NCBI GenBank assembly: GCA_010909165.1
Contig: VJWM01000272.1
Span: 88,094-152,093 of the forward strand
Source: Anthoceros angustus
Taxonomy: Eukaryota > Plantae > Anthocerotophyta
DNA: 64,000 nt
Direction of reading: 5' to 3'
Below are positions 37,206 to 51,902 of this stretch, piece after piece. The notes beneath the pieces were generated by a model that saw only the letters and a list, made by a program, of their open reading frames with translations, searched no databases and was not told the DNA's origin. Made by a program: the position numbers and the translations under genes. Position 1 is the stretch's first letter. Each line of letters starts with the position of its first letter.

Positions 37206-40200
37206 AGTTATTTCACCCCGTCAACCTTGTGGTGACGGGTGGAGGAGGGAAAGAGTGGGAGAGATCATCCAGCCACCTACATTCGTGTTTCCGCCTTTGC
37301 GGGCGGACATTATAACCACAATGGCAATAAACATCGCCCATCTGCCTATTATGATCCTTGCAAGTACATGGCCCGCATACATATGCCATGACAAAAGGAC
37401 AAGTGGTAGGTCGAACCCTATGATGTATCCTACTGAAACCCACTTGACTTGGTTGCCTTCATCAAAGTGAAGATACCGCTAATGTCCACACCGTGCGCGC
37501 CATTGCCAAGTGATGGTGACGGTAGCATTTGTGCCATGTCCCCGTGATGTAAGGAAGACCGTGATCATCATTTCGCACACGCATGGCACTTGTCGACCTC
37601 GCCTCTTTGACCAGCCTAAGAGAGATGCCCGAACCACCAGATATCTGAATAAGATCCTGATCGCCATCCATCGCGTGCGAGCGTAATGTCTGTCGAGCAC
37701 CGCCAGTCGCTCACCGACCATCAACTAGGAGACATGGGGAGGATGACACATGGCTGAAATTGTGAAAATCGCAAATGACGACAACCCTCACGCCACGGAA
37801 GACGGACGTGGCCTTTTTTCATATCACGCAGAGAATCGCATTGGAATCCGCCACTCTATGCCCGCACTAACCGACCGCCATCCTCATTGCAACTTGCAAT
37901 AGTGGTCATTCATGGAAATCGAGCGGAAAGCTCGCCATGCTCGCTTTTACGAACGGTCGACATGAAAGATTCCTCCGCCTTCCATTCGCCATGACGCACA
38001 ATTGGTGCGACGGCCTCATCTGCATGCACGGTTTAAATGACCTTGCCTCGGGCCTCCGCTTCATGGTTGTGGCGATCTGCTCCTCCAAGCATGCGGTCGC
38101 CTTGTGGAATAGTCGAGGAGGTCGCAACTCCCAACCCTTGCCCTCCTCCTCTCTTCATCCGTCTGCAATTGCCATGGGCATGTGTAGGAAACCAACTTCG
38201 CGTTGGAGGGCGCCCTCGGTGCGGACTGGAACCGAGAACCACCATTGGTTTGTTGTTCTCTCCATCTCCCGGTGCACACCCGCCCCTACTGCCGATGGCC
38301 ATCAAGGACCCCAAGCGCAGCCTGGAGGGGCGTTGAACTCGCCCATCTTAGTGGGGCGGTGTCTTCTGTGTGCATGCAAATCTGGGAATCCGCCATTGGG
38401 GTGGCAATGTGGAAGTCTGTCAATGGTCACGAGTGATGGTATCCAACCTCATGTGGCATGGAAGGTGTCGCACAAATCGTTGACACCTCGCTTCACAAGC
38501 CGTGGCGATCATTTCTTTGAACCTCGTGGATGTTTGGATTTCTTTATATGTTGCAAGCTCATTTCTCCTCACCTTCGATGTTGCTTGCAACATTGCGTGA
38601 TTGTGGATATGTCACACACACGGCCGCGAATCGACGATGGCCATCGAGGAAGAGGGCCGCAGCCTCGCTCACGATGGCCATCGGCCGATGGACGGAGGTT
38701 GCTCTCCGCCCACGCCACGAAGGAGGCAGCTTGGCCCCGGCTTTTGCCGTCTTGGGCATGATCCGTCGTGTTCGGGGCCGTTATACCTCACATTCGGGGT
38801 ATACTTCACCATTCTTAAAGGCGGCGTTGGGAAATGTGATTCCTCCATTTGTACCACGTGTACTACTCATCAACACCGCAATAAAAGTCGATGACTGTCA
38901 TGTCCACTTCGGAATGGATGGATAGGGGTTGGTGCCCATCCATACCGTGGAGCATATGACATGTCACCGCCACCCACGCCACTTATGTTTGAGTCAATCG
39001 CAATGCAGCCGTGGATGCCATATGGATTCACAAACTTTGGGATCCTTTGCCATCGCGGCGTTCCCTCCTCGGATAGTGCACCGACAAACTATACAAGTGT
39101 CTCGCCTCCAAACCGTGATGGATCGAGGTGGAAACAAGGGACTTCGCAAGCCTCGAAAGTTGAAGGCGAAAGGGAGGTTGAGAGGGAAGGGGAAGGCAGC
39201 TGCACACAACACTCCCCCCGCCTTCACCGACCATGCTGATACGAAGGGAGAGGGGAAGCTGGGGGAGGATTCCCCTGGCTTTGGGAGGGCGCCGTCCGTC
39301 CCCCACGCCGGCGGCGCGCCAGAACCTGCAGCAATTTCCCAATGGGAGGAAGAGGCAAGTCGCATACCGGAGCTACACTTTTGCACAGGCCACGATCCAA
39401 GGAGGATTTGCTGCAGAACTTGAGTCGATTGTTTCGGATAGAACAAGCCGCTGGGGGCTTCACATCCGAAGCCGCCACTATGGCTTACACACACCTCAAG
39501 AATGGACTTGGGGCGGCAAGAGACGGCATGGAACACGCTGGCGGCCACCGGGTGCACCGCCTTTCACCGCAATGGCGCACGCAACATGGGAGTTGTATAG
39601 AGACTTTGAGAGCATGAGCTCAACACTATCCTCGCTATGGACGGCAAATCAAGGAGGTGGCTGCAGCAAGGATGGGCGCGCCTCCGAGCATCTTCCGCCT
39701 TTCAATGCAACCGCTTCCCGCGTTTGAATGTAAAATTGTGAAGGAGGTGGGGCATCTGCTTTAGCCACACATGTTTGCAAGTGCAATGACTACGCCGATG
39801 CGAGTCAACGTTGCTGCCCTAGCCGCTTTGCTCATCTCCTTTCAATAGCCACCTCACCACCGCTACCGACGGCGCGCTCAATGTCGGAGTGTTTATTCGC
39901 CCGTGACATCCCGCCAATGCAATGATTCATCCCATCCGTCGCGCTCACCGCCTCGATGATGAACATGGCGTGAATCCACAACCGCATTCTTCCTCCATCG
40001 ACGCCATCGACGACGGCACATCGCCCCGAGGTGCTCTAATGTTGAAGGACCGGTTCTCGACGGAGGTGACGCTCGCGCGCGATGCCCGCACCTCAAGCGC
40101 GGTGAGGGTCGAGTGAATTGGACATGAATTCAGGCGTAGTCTGCGCATTCATAGTTGCCCGTGCCGTGCCGCTGCTTGTGGTCGACACCGGTCGGGACCA

Positions 40201-40339
40201 CGCAAGATGCCCCGATTTGCAAATGAGGTTTACATGTTTTGTCCATGCCCGGTGGCGACTGGTATGGATTCCAGACATCTCAAGATGTGACTGCTTAGGC
40301 ACGGCTCCCCGGCGTAAGCTCATGCGTCGCATTTGCTCT

Positions 40340-43290
40340 CTCTAATTTGCATCGAGGAGGTTTATCCGCAGTGGAGCCAAGTTTGGACAGACGGTGGCGG
40401 AGGCCTTGAAGGCGCCTCTCCACCGCGGACGGATACGGAAACGGGCTCGAGGAGTATGAAATGACAATAAGGCAAGTAAGCGGCATGTGGAGAGCGAGGG
40501 AACGTGAAGAGGTACCTCATATGCACTCGACGACTTGCCGGAAGCAATGATCATGCACTTGGCACGGAGGGAACCGCGCAGTAACCGCTTTTGTCGCTCG
40601 CCGGCGAGACGCCTTTATACCGAATAAAGGGTGAAAGCGAAAGAGAGCGCTCACCGTTGTTGTTGTCTTGGCAAACCATGTTTGACATCGACGCCGCATT
40701 ACCCTCTTAAAGATCTTAAGTGTGGATTTTTGCCGCCCGAACGAGTTACCAAGGACATGTACGAGGCCAAGTCATTGCACCTATTTGGCCCCGATATGAG
40801 AAAATCCATGCTTGTGAGAAGACCGCTCGCTCGGGGCGAGTACGGGATCGCAACCATTGCCCAAAGTGTGGGACGCCGTGTCGATGGGTTTTGATGAACG
40901 GCGAGTCCTCGGAAGGTCCTCCGCATTTTCCCTTGAAACCGCGATCAAACGCATGTTTCAATGGAAATAAATGATGACTTGGTATGTCGGGAGGCAAAGC
41001 GAGAATGGGGACATGTCCATGATGGCGGATAAGATGGAGAGCACTAGATGCGATGGCCAAGCGGCGAGAACTTGAGGTTAGCATTATCCATTCTTCAACC
41101 TCACACAGTCCGCAAACACGTCCATATGGCCGGTTTGGTATTTGTGCACAACATGCCACCTGGGCCAAGACAAAGGACGCGCATGTCATCATGCCTCGAC
41201 AGCGGTGGGGATGGTTAAAATTTCGATGTGTACATGGCACCGGTAGATGAACTCAAGAGTTATGGAGGGGGTGGAGATGGAAGATTTCTCAATGCCGAAA
41301 ACCATCCTAAGAGGCATTTCACGTGGCAATGGTTCTGCATCATTGCCGATTACCCGGGTTGGGTACCTCACCGGATTGCAAGTGAGAGTGAGAGCGAGCG
41401 TGTCGATTGTTGGTCGGACCTTGATTCTCGCTATTCCGAGATTTTGAAAAGCCCGCTTTGATCGCGCGCTGGCTACCAATGACAAAGGGACGGTGGGAGG
41501 ATGCGATTGGTTTGATGGATCGGACCGACCCAAACCAAAGCCGCCAACGCTCGATGATATTGGATATATGGCACGCAGAGAAGCTGCGACACCGCAGACG
41601 CCCGCCGGGGCAACTTTGGAACCGGAGAATGTCGTCCCTTGTTCGTAGTCTCGCCATCAAGGCCACATGCTTGTGTGGGCGCCAAAGGATGATGCACGTG
41701 GAAAAAACAATGCAGGCCATATGGCACACGCCGGGAGAGCGAGATGACATTGCGCATGGACATGGTAAGCGGGGAAAAGATGGTTGTGGCCTCAGATGAC
41801 CAATACCGTGACGCTTTGTCCAAATCGACTTGAAGACCGTGATTGAGGGCATTAAACGCATCCGCCCAGCTATGGGTCCAACATAGCTAAGGTGGAAAGC
41901 GGGAAAGTTAGCTGAAATGCCATGATCGCACATTATGTTGGAAATCATATTCCCCATCGCCTCCGGGGTGCATAGAGCCGAGGTGTACAAGGCGGTTGTA
42001 AAGCTAGGACGCCTTTACGGTGGATGCCCGAGTCGGGACATCCAAGCACAAGAGTGAGGGTAATGTGCTCTCGAGAAGCCAAGATGTTTGATATATCAAC
42101 CCACCTCATATTACACTTAGTGGACGAGGTGGCCGCTGGGCCCGCTCACACTAGGTGGATGTACCCGTGGAGAGGTATTTAGGATCCGTGAAGCGAGATG
42201 CCACGAGACCCGAGTCCAAGAGCGGTGGGGTACATGCGTGAGGAGAGTTTGCATGATGACATTTCTCCGCTTATTACGCACGTGAGAAGCATGGACCGCA
42301 GATGAACGATGGGGGGAGAAGGTGCCGGTGTCGGCCGTGCATTATGGATGCCGTGGAGGCACGCCAGCGCACACATATGTGTTGTATCACGAGGTGCCGC
42401 ACGCTTCTTGGACATGTACGAGGAAGAAGTTAGGACAAACGGTGCACGGATGGTCGGACTTTCGGGATATATGGAAGAAGGGCTCAACGCATGGGATGGG
42501 CATCCTTGCATGACCCACAAGTGACCGCAATCATGGATGGGCTGCGTTGCAGCGCATATAGCCACATGTGGAACAAAGGCACCACCTGGGAGGAGGACAA
42601 ACGCCGCCGAGTACAAAGGATAAGGTGAGCGAAGTTTCATCGATGGGCGGGCGGGCGACATTGAAGAGGAGCGCCTCTACGCACATAGAACAAATACTCA
42701 CCGCAGCTTCTCGCATGATTTTAAGCCAATTTTGTTGAAGGTTAGATGGTACGAGTGTCGCCCAGAGGGACAAGGCCATCGATGCGAAAGTCGATAATCG
42801 GATTTGACATTGTAAATACGGAGAAAGTTTGTGTACAGGCGCGCTCAATAGATGGTCCGCTTGTCCGCTATCGCAGTGACGCAGCGTATGCCGCATCCGG
42901 AGACGGGGATGACAACATAGGTCGGGCCATCGCTGCGCCCACACCGGCGAGGGGATGGAGGGACACGGAGCGAGTGGAGAGCCATATAGCATGGCATGTG
43001 GCCTATGGACGCCGAGGATGGGGCGAACCTCCGGACCACGAACGAATGTAATGTGGCTCCATTGGAGCGAACCAACGCGACACTACGAAGATGGGGCGAA
43101 CCTCCGGACCATCGATGAACGTAATGTGGCTCCAATGGAAGACAACGTAACCAACGCATACGCTAAATACCGTGGTCTTGGCGGTGTTCACATGACGACA
43201 CCGATTATCGTATGCAATGATGACCTCCTAGATCTCGCACTCAATTGTGGGCAAGGGACTACAAGTTGTCGTAATATAAAACACTAGTCA
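40340..43290 (+). pseudogene. CACTA TnpD-like transposase, inverted-arm copy, heavily frameshifted
   Basis: Same motifs as 15968-20430 on the plus strand (IHACEK ~40800, ADYPG ~41345, TRWMYP ~42150, MRKSIIGFDIVNT ~42780). Confidence 0.85.
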
Positions 43291-46200
43291 TTATGGCGAA
43301 GGCGAGAAAGGGCAGGAGGATTCGCAGCTTAATGCCGGCCGACGAGTTTGCAAACAAAGGCTTTCCATATGAAGAGCTTTGAATTTTGGCGCACTTGGCT
43401 TGGCAACTATCGTGAAGGGGGCAAGCCAATGCCAAGATGGCGCGGTGGCGCCCACCGAACGGGCAATGGAAGGGGCGGAAGCCGAGTTTGCGACATCCAC
43501 CCGGGAGCACCATCAGCCCACGACCGATCCGAAAGCCGCCTCACCTGCCACCGCAGATCCCCTGCTACATAGACACGAGAGTTGTGAGGGACAAGGAACA
43601 TGGCAGCCCAACCAATGGCGATTTGAGGACATGGAGACGTGGAATATCCCACCCGAGACGCGGACTTGGAGCATTGCGTCGCGAATTGAACGCAGGGTGA
43701 CGATGCTTTGCTATCGATGAGGTGGGTGTTTCGAGACCGGATTGACAAGAACGCCTTGTTCAATACACACGCTGATGCAGCTTATGACGCTGGTGCACCT
43801 TGCTTATGCCGGGCACTGCTCATGCAGCAGATATGGAGGCAGCCCATGGCAACACGGGAGGTGGTTGGGACCGCGAAGGCAAACGAAACCGAGGAGGCGG
43901 GCAACCTGCTGGGGCGGGTCCTGATCGCGCCGACAAACGACAAGAACTGGATGAGGAATGGCGACGGCCAAGGGGAGGTGTGATGACAAGGGGAGAGGAG
44001 GGTGCGTGAACCGGATGCCGATGGAGTGGTGTGAGGTGGACAACGATGCGTGATGCCTTGATAAAAAGGAATGGCGTAAATGGTCAAGGAGGCAATGCAA
44101 AAGCAAAGGACAGGAAGGGAAGGGAATCCGATGTTGTTCGGGGTCCGAGCAAGGCAAGAGTTGAAAACCGGAGGACAAAGGTGAATGAACATGGCAAGAT
44201 GGCGCGACGCCCGAGGGGAGAAGGATTAGTGAAATCGGTGTGAAAGCCTTCCCGACCGGTGGTGAAGTCCAGCATAAGCCGACACTTCTCGCATGACGCA
44301 CTTCTCATGTGTGGAGGCCGCAAAGGCGCATTAGAGGAGAGGGAGCAGGAGGGGAGGAGCGGGTAAGAAGCCGAGCATGGTGGACGAGGAGGAGTGGGAA
44401 GATGCCTTGCTGGCTCGGATGGAGCTGCAACGAAACGGAAGTTCGAGCCATCAAGTATGAACTTGCAGAAAAGAGAGGCTGGCCAAAACGGAGGGTGGGG
44501 CCAAACCCTTGGGGCAAGGGAGGGCCGGATGGGTGCTTCGGTTTGAGAAGAAGCATGGGAGGTACCCAAATCAAGAGGAGGCTGAATTTGGGAGATCAAG
44601 AGACGATCTCCATGCAACCTCGGGCTCACAAAGGGTCTCCCCGAGTTCATACAACTGGTAAGACATGGAATAACCGAACCACCCTGAGGTTCAAAGCGGC
44701 TGGAGGACAAGGGGAGATGAGAATTTTGTTGAACGACATGGAATTGGAGATGGATCCAGATCTCGTGGCATTTCCGAGACGAAGGATGGAAGACAGGGCA
44801 GGCACTGCTGCAGGAGGTGGTGGTGTGGATGTGGGGGGGATAAGTAGGAGGACGGTGGGAGTAGAATGCATTGGGAGAGAGGAGGGAGACAAAACACGAA
44901 AGAGAACGGAGGGAGGGGCAGCTTGGTCCGCCAAGGTGGGATGGGATGGTGAAACAGTGTCCGAGGAGGCTATGACGGCAATGTGATCGTGGTGCCGACG
45001 ACGCCACGATCACCAAGGTGATGGAACGCCCATGCCCGGTGATAGTGTGAATGCCGAGAGTGTGAAGATGTGTAGGGAGAGGGCGGCCGTGACGACACGA
45101 CACGGTGTGCCACCGCTGCTGCGCTTGGCCTGGGGTGGGAGGACTTGGAATCACCGAAGTGCCATGCCGGTTCACGGAAGGAGGGGTGTGTCAAGAGGGC
45201 AGCCGGGTAAAGGGCGTAGGGAGGTGCCACCCGCCAGTGACGGGCGTAATCGCACATTGTGGACGGAGATGGAGGGAGTGACGAGGGCCGTGAAAGACAT
45301 GAGGGATGGAATCGAGGGCCGGATGAGAATTGCCCGCAATGGGAGGCAATTGTGTCACCAAAGAAGGCATGTGTCTGCCAGGCTGTGAACAAATGGGGTG
45401 GGAGAGGGAGAGGCGGTGGCGAATGGAGGAGAGGCGGGTCAAGCGGAAGCCATGGTCGTGGTGGGGCCAAAAGGCGAGTGGCAGCCATGAGGGAATTTTC
45501 GAGGGAGGGAGAAAGAGGCGAGGCATGCAAAAGGGGCGATGGCAAGAAACAAGTGCAGAGTATGAGGAAGGGGACGACATTGAGGGCGTGCTAACTTCGT
45601 GCACATACCGGCGACCCGAAAGCATGGACCTCCACTGGGCCCCATTGGAGGCTACGCCACCATGACAAAGGTGGAGGCCGAAAGAGGAAAGCGGGGAGGT
45701 GCAGGAGGCATGAAGGGGGCCGTGGTGACTGTGGCACGGCCGCCAGGAAAGAGCGAGGATGGAAGGAGCGATTGTGGGCAAGAGGTACATAAGAAAACAA
45801 GATGAAGGAAGGTAAGCACTGAAGGTGTCACAGCACACCACTATATGCGACATGTATCAAGGGCATGCTGCATGTTTGTACCGTGGTGCGCAGAGGAGGA
45901 AGGGAGGTGGATGCGATGGAAAGGGAAAGTCGCGACGAACGCAAGAGGAAGGGAGGAAGAAAATCGCAAAAATGGGGGTTGTAGGAGGTTTCCTTCATGC
46001 ATACGATGAGGAGTAGGAAATTAGAAATGAAGAAGCGCCTGTATGGAGCGAAAAGAACCTCGCCACGCAAGAAGCAAACTCCTAGGCGTAAGGACAAAGT
46101 AGTAAATGGATAAGAAGGGCGAGCCATGGCAAGAAGCCGATGGGCATGGGGACAAGCCGGGCACGTAACGCCCGCTAGAGAAGGTAGGTTGCGCGACACA

Positions 46201-47034
46201 TACATAGGTGGGATGTATGTATCCGCAGTGTGAATGATGAATACAAAGTATAGTATCCTGGACGTGTACAATTTAACGTATCGTGGTGTCGATAACTGTT
46301 TTATACAAAATGAAATATAACCGTATGTCATAGGAAATTATCGATATGGAATATTACCAATACCAAGATTCTCTAAGGTCAGATGCATACATGTATTTAT
46401 TTATATGTATTCATACGAGGTAATAAGGGAAACCAAGTATTCTATATGGTAAATGTAGTAAAGGAGGAAGGTAGATGGGGAGGAGGTTACCAAGCCTCCA
46501 AAAGTGTTACAAGACTTTCTTGTAACACTTTATATGTTGCAAACTGGTGTTGCAATCTTGAGAGAGGACAAAAGCGCCTCTCACTTCATCTCAACAAAAT
46601 TGCAACACACTTGCAACATGGTTGCAACAAACACTCCGGTTTGGTTTCCAAGCCAAAGTGTAACAAGCGCCCAAAAGTGTTACATGACCCCAAAATTGCA
46701 ACATAAGTGTTACATCCGGGGTCCAAATCTTAACATAAAGTGTAACATAGGCTGCCTTTTCTAGTAGGGAGGTTATCCTTGCAAACGAGAACCCAGATGT
46801 TAAAAATAAATGTCTCCGATATCAACACGATCCAGTGCTTGGGTCGCCTCCGCTGTCGCAACCCTCTCTATCATCGCTGTGGAGCCAATATCTCCTCCGG
46901 GTACCTTCCTCAAACGCATTGCTATTCTCGTCACCCACCACCGGACAACTAGGTAAGGTTCACATAAGAAATTCAAGTCTTCGACTGCAATCCGTAAAGG
47001 CCTGCTCGATCGTCTGCCTCACATGGGATCGCAA

Positions 47035-49340
47035 TCATATGGCCTCGCCTCGATCTCGGACACATCCCCATCGAATCTCGCCAACTCGATGGTCGCGCTC
47101 CGGGCCTAAAATTCTGACATACATGTGACGCGTTGTGGTTCGCGAATCGGAGCCGAATGACAAAGACATCCGAACGCCAATGGGATTTAAGTTCCGCCAC
47201 CGCCCCTCGTTGTACCACTCCCATGCTTTTTGAAGATCTCGATGGACTCCTCCTCCGATTTTGTCGCAAATATCGATCGTGATGCCCGTAACGAGTTCCA
47301 CCATACTTTGTCTTCCAGATAGATATTTTTGCATCGGTCCTTCGAGGGCTTTCCTAATGGCTGCCAATGATTTATGGCCTGCGGGTTTCCCATGCATTGA
47401 AGTGACATAAAGGCGCCCCTTATATCTGCTTTTCGTATTCTCAAGGAACTCCAAACCTCCAACGGTTCCCAATGCGAACAAGTAGAAAGTGCCTTGCCAC
47501 GAAGAATCATATAGGGCGCCGCCACTTTTCTTCCCTGAAATTTTGAATTGATGTCGATAACTATGATTGTGCAAATTCATCACGATCTCGTGTCCTCTTT
47601 ACCCATCCCATTGGGCCGCAAAGCTCCCAAATCGCCACCCTAACCATTTTCACTTCCGGATTGGGTGTATAAGCCCGATGAATCAAACTCATAAGGGTTT
47701 CGAGTGACATTGCTTTTTGTGCCCGAGACTTTAGAAAAGCACGAGAACATTTGATCAATCGTGATCATGCGTGCCCGACAAGAAGGAAGCCCACCTTCAC
47801 CTTATCAAGACCCGCTCGACAAGCATACTCAAGTACGCAAACAACAACATATTCTTGTTTTCTCCGCCGTGTTGTCCAGCAAGTAAAACGCCTCGCGTAA
47901 CCATCTCATAGGTGAGAATAACATCCCGATGATATGAATAGTTAATAGTTGGCTGCTCCTAATATTCGAAGTTCACATACACCGGTCTTCATAATGTTGT
48001 TGTATACCAAACAACCCACAACATGGACCCGAATGAGACCATCCGCAAAATCCTTTGAGGGGTGGAAAAATGTGGAGTCTGCCTTGCTTTGGTCCATCCT
48101 GCCTATCGCCATTCCAATGTATTTGCTCGGTTGGCCTTTACACTTCAAACGTGTTAAGTTTTAGTCGCCTCCGCTTGATCGCCGACCGATGTTCACGAGG
48201 TGCCGCTCATGGACCGCTCGAGAAATGGATCACATGGTCGGTTGTGTCCGGTCTCAAGACGGTCGCGGGACGACCGCCATGCGCGCGACGCTGGTCTTGG
48301 TCCGCATTGCCGCGATGCCTTGTGCGCGCGCACGTACGCCGCGACAAGACGCACGCGCGCGCGCGCAAGTGCGCGCCAAGCACCTCACCGCGCCGGCACA
48401 GGGGCGCGCCGACCCCTGCGCACGCCGCAGCTGCGCATCCTCGCGTGACCGCGCGCGCCAGCGCACTGTCGCCGTGCGCGCGACAAGGCGCGCACGGCAG
48501 TGGGCGAGCACAAGCATGAGTCTAGGGCGCTGGAGTGCTCATGATTCCATGGAAGTCAAAAGGAAACTCGATATGAAATACCTTGTTCTTGCTTGCTGTC
48601 GGTCATCTCGATGGTCGCCTTCAACGCTTCGCATTGGACGATTTTGAAAAACTACACTTTGGTATCTTCACTTGGAAAAATGTTTCTTCCATAAGGCATG
48701 TATGAGAATGAGAGACGCTGGTCAAACCAAATTTTGAAACCTCCCGCTTGTAGTCCCGGAATATATATGAATCGCAAGTTGAAAAATCAAACATTGGCAT
48801 GCTCACCGTTAGCTTGAAAACTTTTCCATCCAAGCAATGCATTCCAACATGATCTTCGGGCCACGCCCGGAACTTCAATTCGATGACCATGGTGTGTTCG
48901 TTAGTACTGCTTCAAATGTTCATACCTTCGCCATCCAATGCGTAACACTTTTCCGAAACTTCAGACACAACATTGCAACTGCCTCCTGTGAGAAAATTGA
49001 GAACATTGCACAAGAGAGGTTGCTTGTTCTACCTCGAGCAATCCTTGCAAATATATTTCCGCCGCTCACGAGGCAATCCCAAGAAGCGATATCTCGAGGC
49101 TCTCTATATTCTTCTTTCCCAATTGCAAAGAAACAACTGCCATGAATGCGCACCATGCGTTATGTATTTCTTCAATGCCGCATGCCTTCATGGTCCTCTT
49201 CAATCTCCGCTTGATAATGTCTACGCTTCACCGCAAACTGACGCTTCGTGAATGGCTGCCCGATGCCACCGCTGCGGTGTTCTCGGCCCGCATCCTCATT
49301 CCTCGCAAAATTCGTCCCATCATTCCCCGACCTCCTCCAT
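47035..49340 (-). pseudogene. Sola-like transposase family 1, inverted-arm copy
   Basis: Reverse complement of 7895-10256 (KYIGMAIGRMDQSK in ORF 47942-48148; AMSLETLMSLIH.AYTPNPEVK in ORF 47561-47758). Confidence 0.8.
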
Positions 49341-51902
49341 GGATCGATGAAGAAACAATTTCACTGCCGCTCCATCTTCAGCCAATGTTGGATTCCTAAT
49401 CCCGGGGATTGGCGTGGTCTCCAGAATCCTTGGCCTACATTCTATCCCTTCTCCATCGGGAGTTGTATCGATTACAGAGACCTTCTGATGCCAGTTGGGT
49501 TGCAAGTAGGTGTGAAGGGAGGTCGTTGTGGTGTCCGCGAGGAGAATTGGGCAGCAAGGTAGGCTGATTCGAGAGTTGGTCAAGGAGTTCGCTAAGGAGA
49601 AATGTGGAGAATGGAGCTTGGTGAGGAGTTCAATAATGAAACACCAAAATGTATGCGGCAAGACATGCACAAGGGAACTTGGTGTGTTGGATATCTGGAT
49701 ATAAGAACTCCAGGGTTAAGCGTCCTGTGGGCGGATCAGTACTCAGATGGGGTGCCTTTTGTGCGAGGAGTATGAGCTTATATTTGCAAAAGACACAAGG
49801 GAGCTGATTGGGAAAGTTCTTAGTAGGGAATTGCAGGCGCAGCCCGGCGCACGGGTCTTGGAGGCTGAGGATTGAGCTTTTTCCTTGGGTTTTGCTGGGT
49901 AGGATGGTCTCTATGGGAGCGCCTAGGGCCAAGGAGATGCAGGGAATGTTGCTCTTACACAGGAGCTGAAGGATTGATGACCTAAGAGCCTTCTTGGTGC
50001 AAACCAACTAGGGTCTTGAATTTGTGCAAGATGGATGGAAAGGATCCTTAGATTCATGGTGGGGATTGATGGCTACGATAGAAATTAGAGGTTATGGTGG
50101 TGCAAATAATGGATGGGATATGGCCACATGCTTGCAGCAACCACTCAAATCTATGGCTGCAATTTAGGAGCTCATGCTATAATTGTCGATGAGAAGACCG
50201 GGCTCTAAAAGTGTGGAGGGAGCTGAGCTAGTGTGTGCTCTCACAGTGTGTGCCTCTTAAGAGTGATGCCGCCATCTCCTCTTGGTGTTCTCTTTCTTGT
50301 GGCATCAATTTCTTGGGTCTTGGTGTGTCTTGGCTTGGTTTTGAGAGTGAATTTCTTCTAAGAGGGGGACGTCCTTAGTGTTCTTGGTGCTTAGCTTGGT
50401 GTTTGTTCTCCTTATGGGATTGCTAAGAGCCAAGCTGCAAGGATGAGGTTGGTTCTGGAGGAAGCCAGGTGTGGATGCCGTGAAGGGTTTCTGAAGGCCA
50501 AGAAACCCCAACTCATGAAGTGCATGGTGGTAGTTTGGAGTGTAAACCCATTGCCAAAAATATTGGGCGATGGCATGGTGTGTGTGGAGGCCTACAATAA
50601 TTGTGAAGAGGAGGATGCTTGGGCCACACGATGATGATAGGGAGGCCCTCATGCATTAAGCCGGGGCCTTAGATTTTGATGAGGTCACATGGCGATATGG
50701 ACTCCGAGGAGTTTGGAGAAGAAATGGCGAGAGGAGCCCATAGTGCCATAAGGAAAGGAAGGAAGAGGAGGCACAGGCAGCCTACCAGGGGAGGAGCCAC
50801 CAGGGGGCAGCACGGTGCAGCCACCGAGGTCCGTCAAGGAGGCAATGGATGCAAGGGCTATTGAGGGGAGTGCGATGGTAGGGGAGGCGAGTACTTTGGC
50901 CCCCACAGGAGACGTTAAGGAGTAGGTTGTCTCCCTAAGAGGGAACGAAAAATCACAAGGAGGAGCTCAACCTACCAACATAAGTGCATGAGCAAGGAGG
51001 TCACTTGTTCCACAAGTGAAGGAGAGGGGATGAGTCCTCGGCCAAAGGAAGGAGATGGTGCAGGGGCAAGGTGGGGTCACCCTACCACTCAGGTACCTAC
51101 TGAATCCGGACTACTGGTAGGTCACTCGCCGCAGTCTGCCCACCTCAGTGGTCACACTTAGTCGCCCGACTCTGTGGGGCTCACCAGGCGTGGGACGGGA
51201 GCCAGCCACAGGCCCCGATTGAGGATGGAAGGCGGGGGATCCAAAGAACATGCCCCTAAGATAGATGATAAGGTGGTTGAGGGAGCAATGCCAACGGAGG
51301 AGACCAAAGACGGGTATGGCCTGTGAAGAGGAGAAGGGTAAGAAATTCCCTCACCCCACGGATAAGGGAGGAGCCAGGCCAAGAGAGGAGACCAACGCAA
51401 AGAAGGCCCGGAGGAATTAGCGAGGTGACAACATCGGTCAAGAAATGGGGAGGAACCTTTGAAAACATGCTCCATAATAGGTACTGACAAATCAAACAAC
51501 GAAAGGAAAGGAAAAGGATCTCAACCCTGTGGACCATCACCGGCGAGGAAGAGGGAAGGAGATAGGGACCGACTACCATGGTAGGTAGTCACCCCCAGTC
51601 CGCCGACTACCGCGGTAGGGTGCCTTTGAAGGAGCGCGGTCGTCGGAGGCTAGAAGATGGGCCATTCGAAAGCGCGAAGGCATTGCCCCGGATGGCAAGA
51701 GGAATCGCGCGCCCGCAGAGCGGCAGGAAGGTACTTGGCGGAAGAAGGCGCCCCAAAGGAAGGCGGAAAAGTCGGAAGGTACTGCCCCAAAAGTCATGAG
51801 GAGTCGAGGTCAAAGACCAAAGCAAAAGGGAAGACCAGCGAAAAGGGGATGAGAAGACCAATCGGGGAACCCGCCGCCACCCAGAAGATAAGGACCGAGA
51901 AT

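Larger units (their letters stand above)
32336..46769 (+). mobile_element. Second (inverted) copy of the CACTA element, ~14.4 kb, lacking the internal tandem duplications; terminal CCC(T) missing at 32336
   Basis: ACTAGAAAAGGCAGCCTATGTTAC at 32336 and GTAACATAGGCTGCCTTTTCTAGTAGGG at 46742-46769. Confidence 0.9.
32336..49492 (-). repeat. Large inverted duplication (~17.2 kb) of 7740-29592
   Basis: Reverse-complement colinearity of the TIR, (TA)n, 500-bp unit, minisatellite, TnpD, second TIR and Sola-like transposase. Homology ends at ...CTTCTGATGCC (49492), which corresponds to GGCATC at 7740. Confidence 0.93.
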
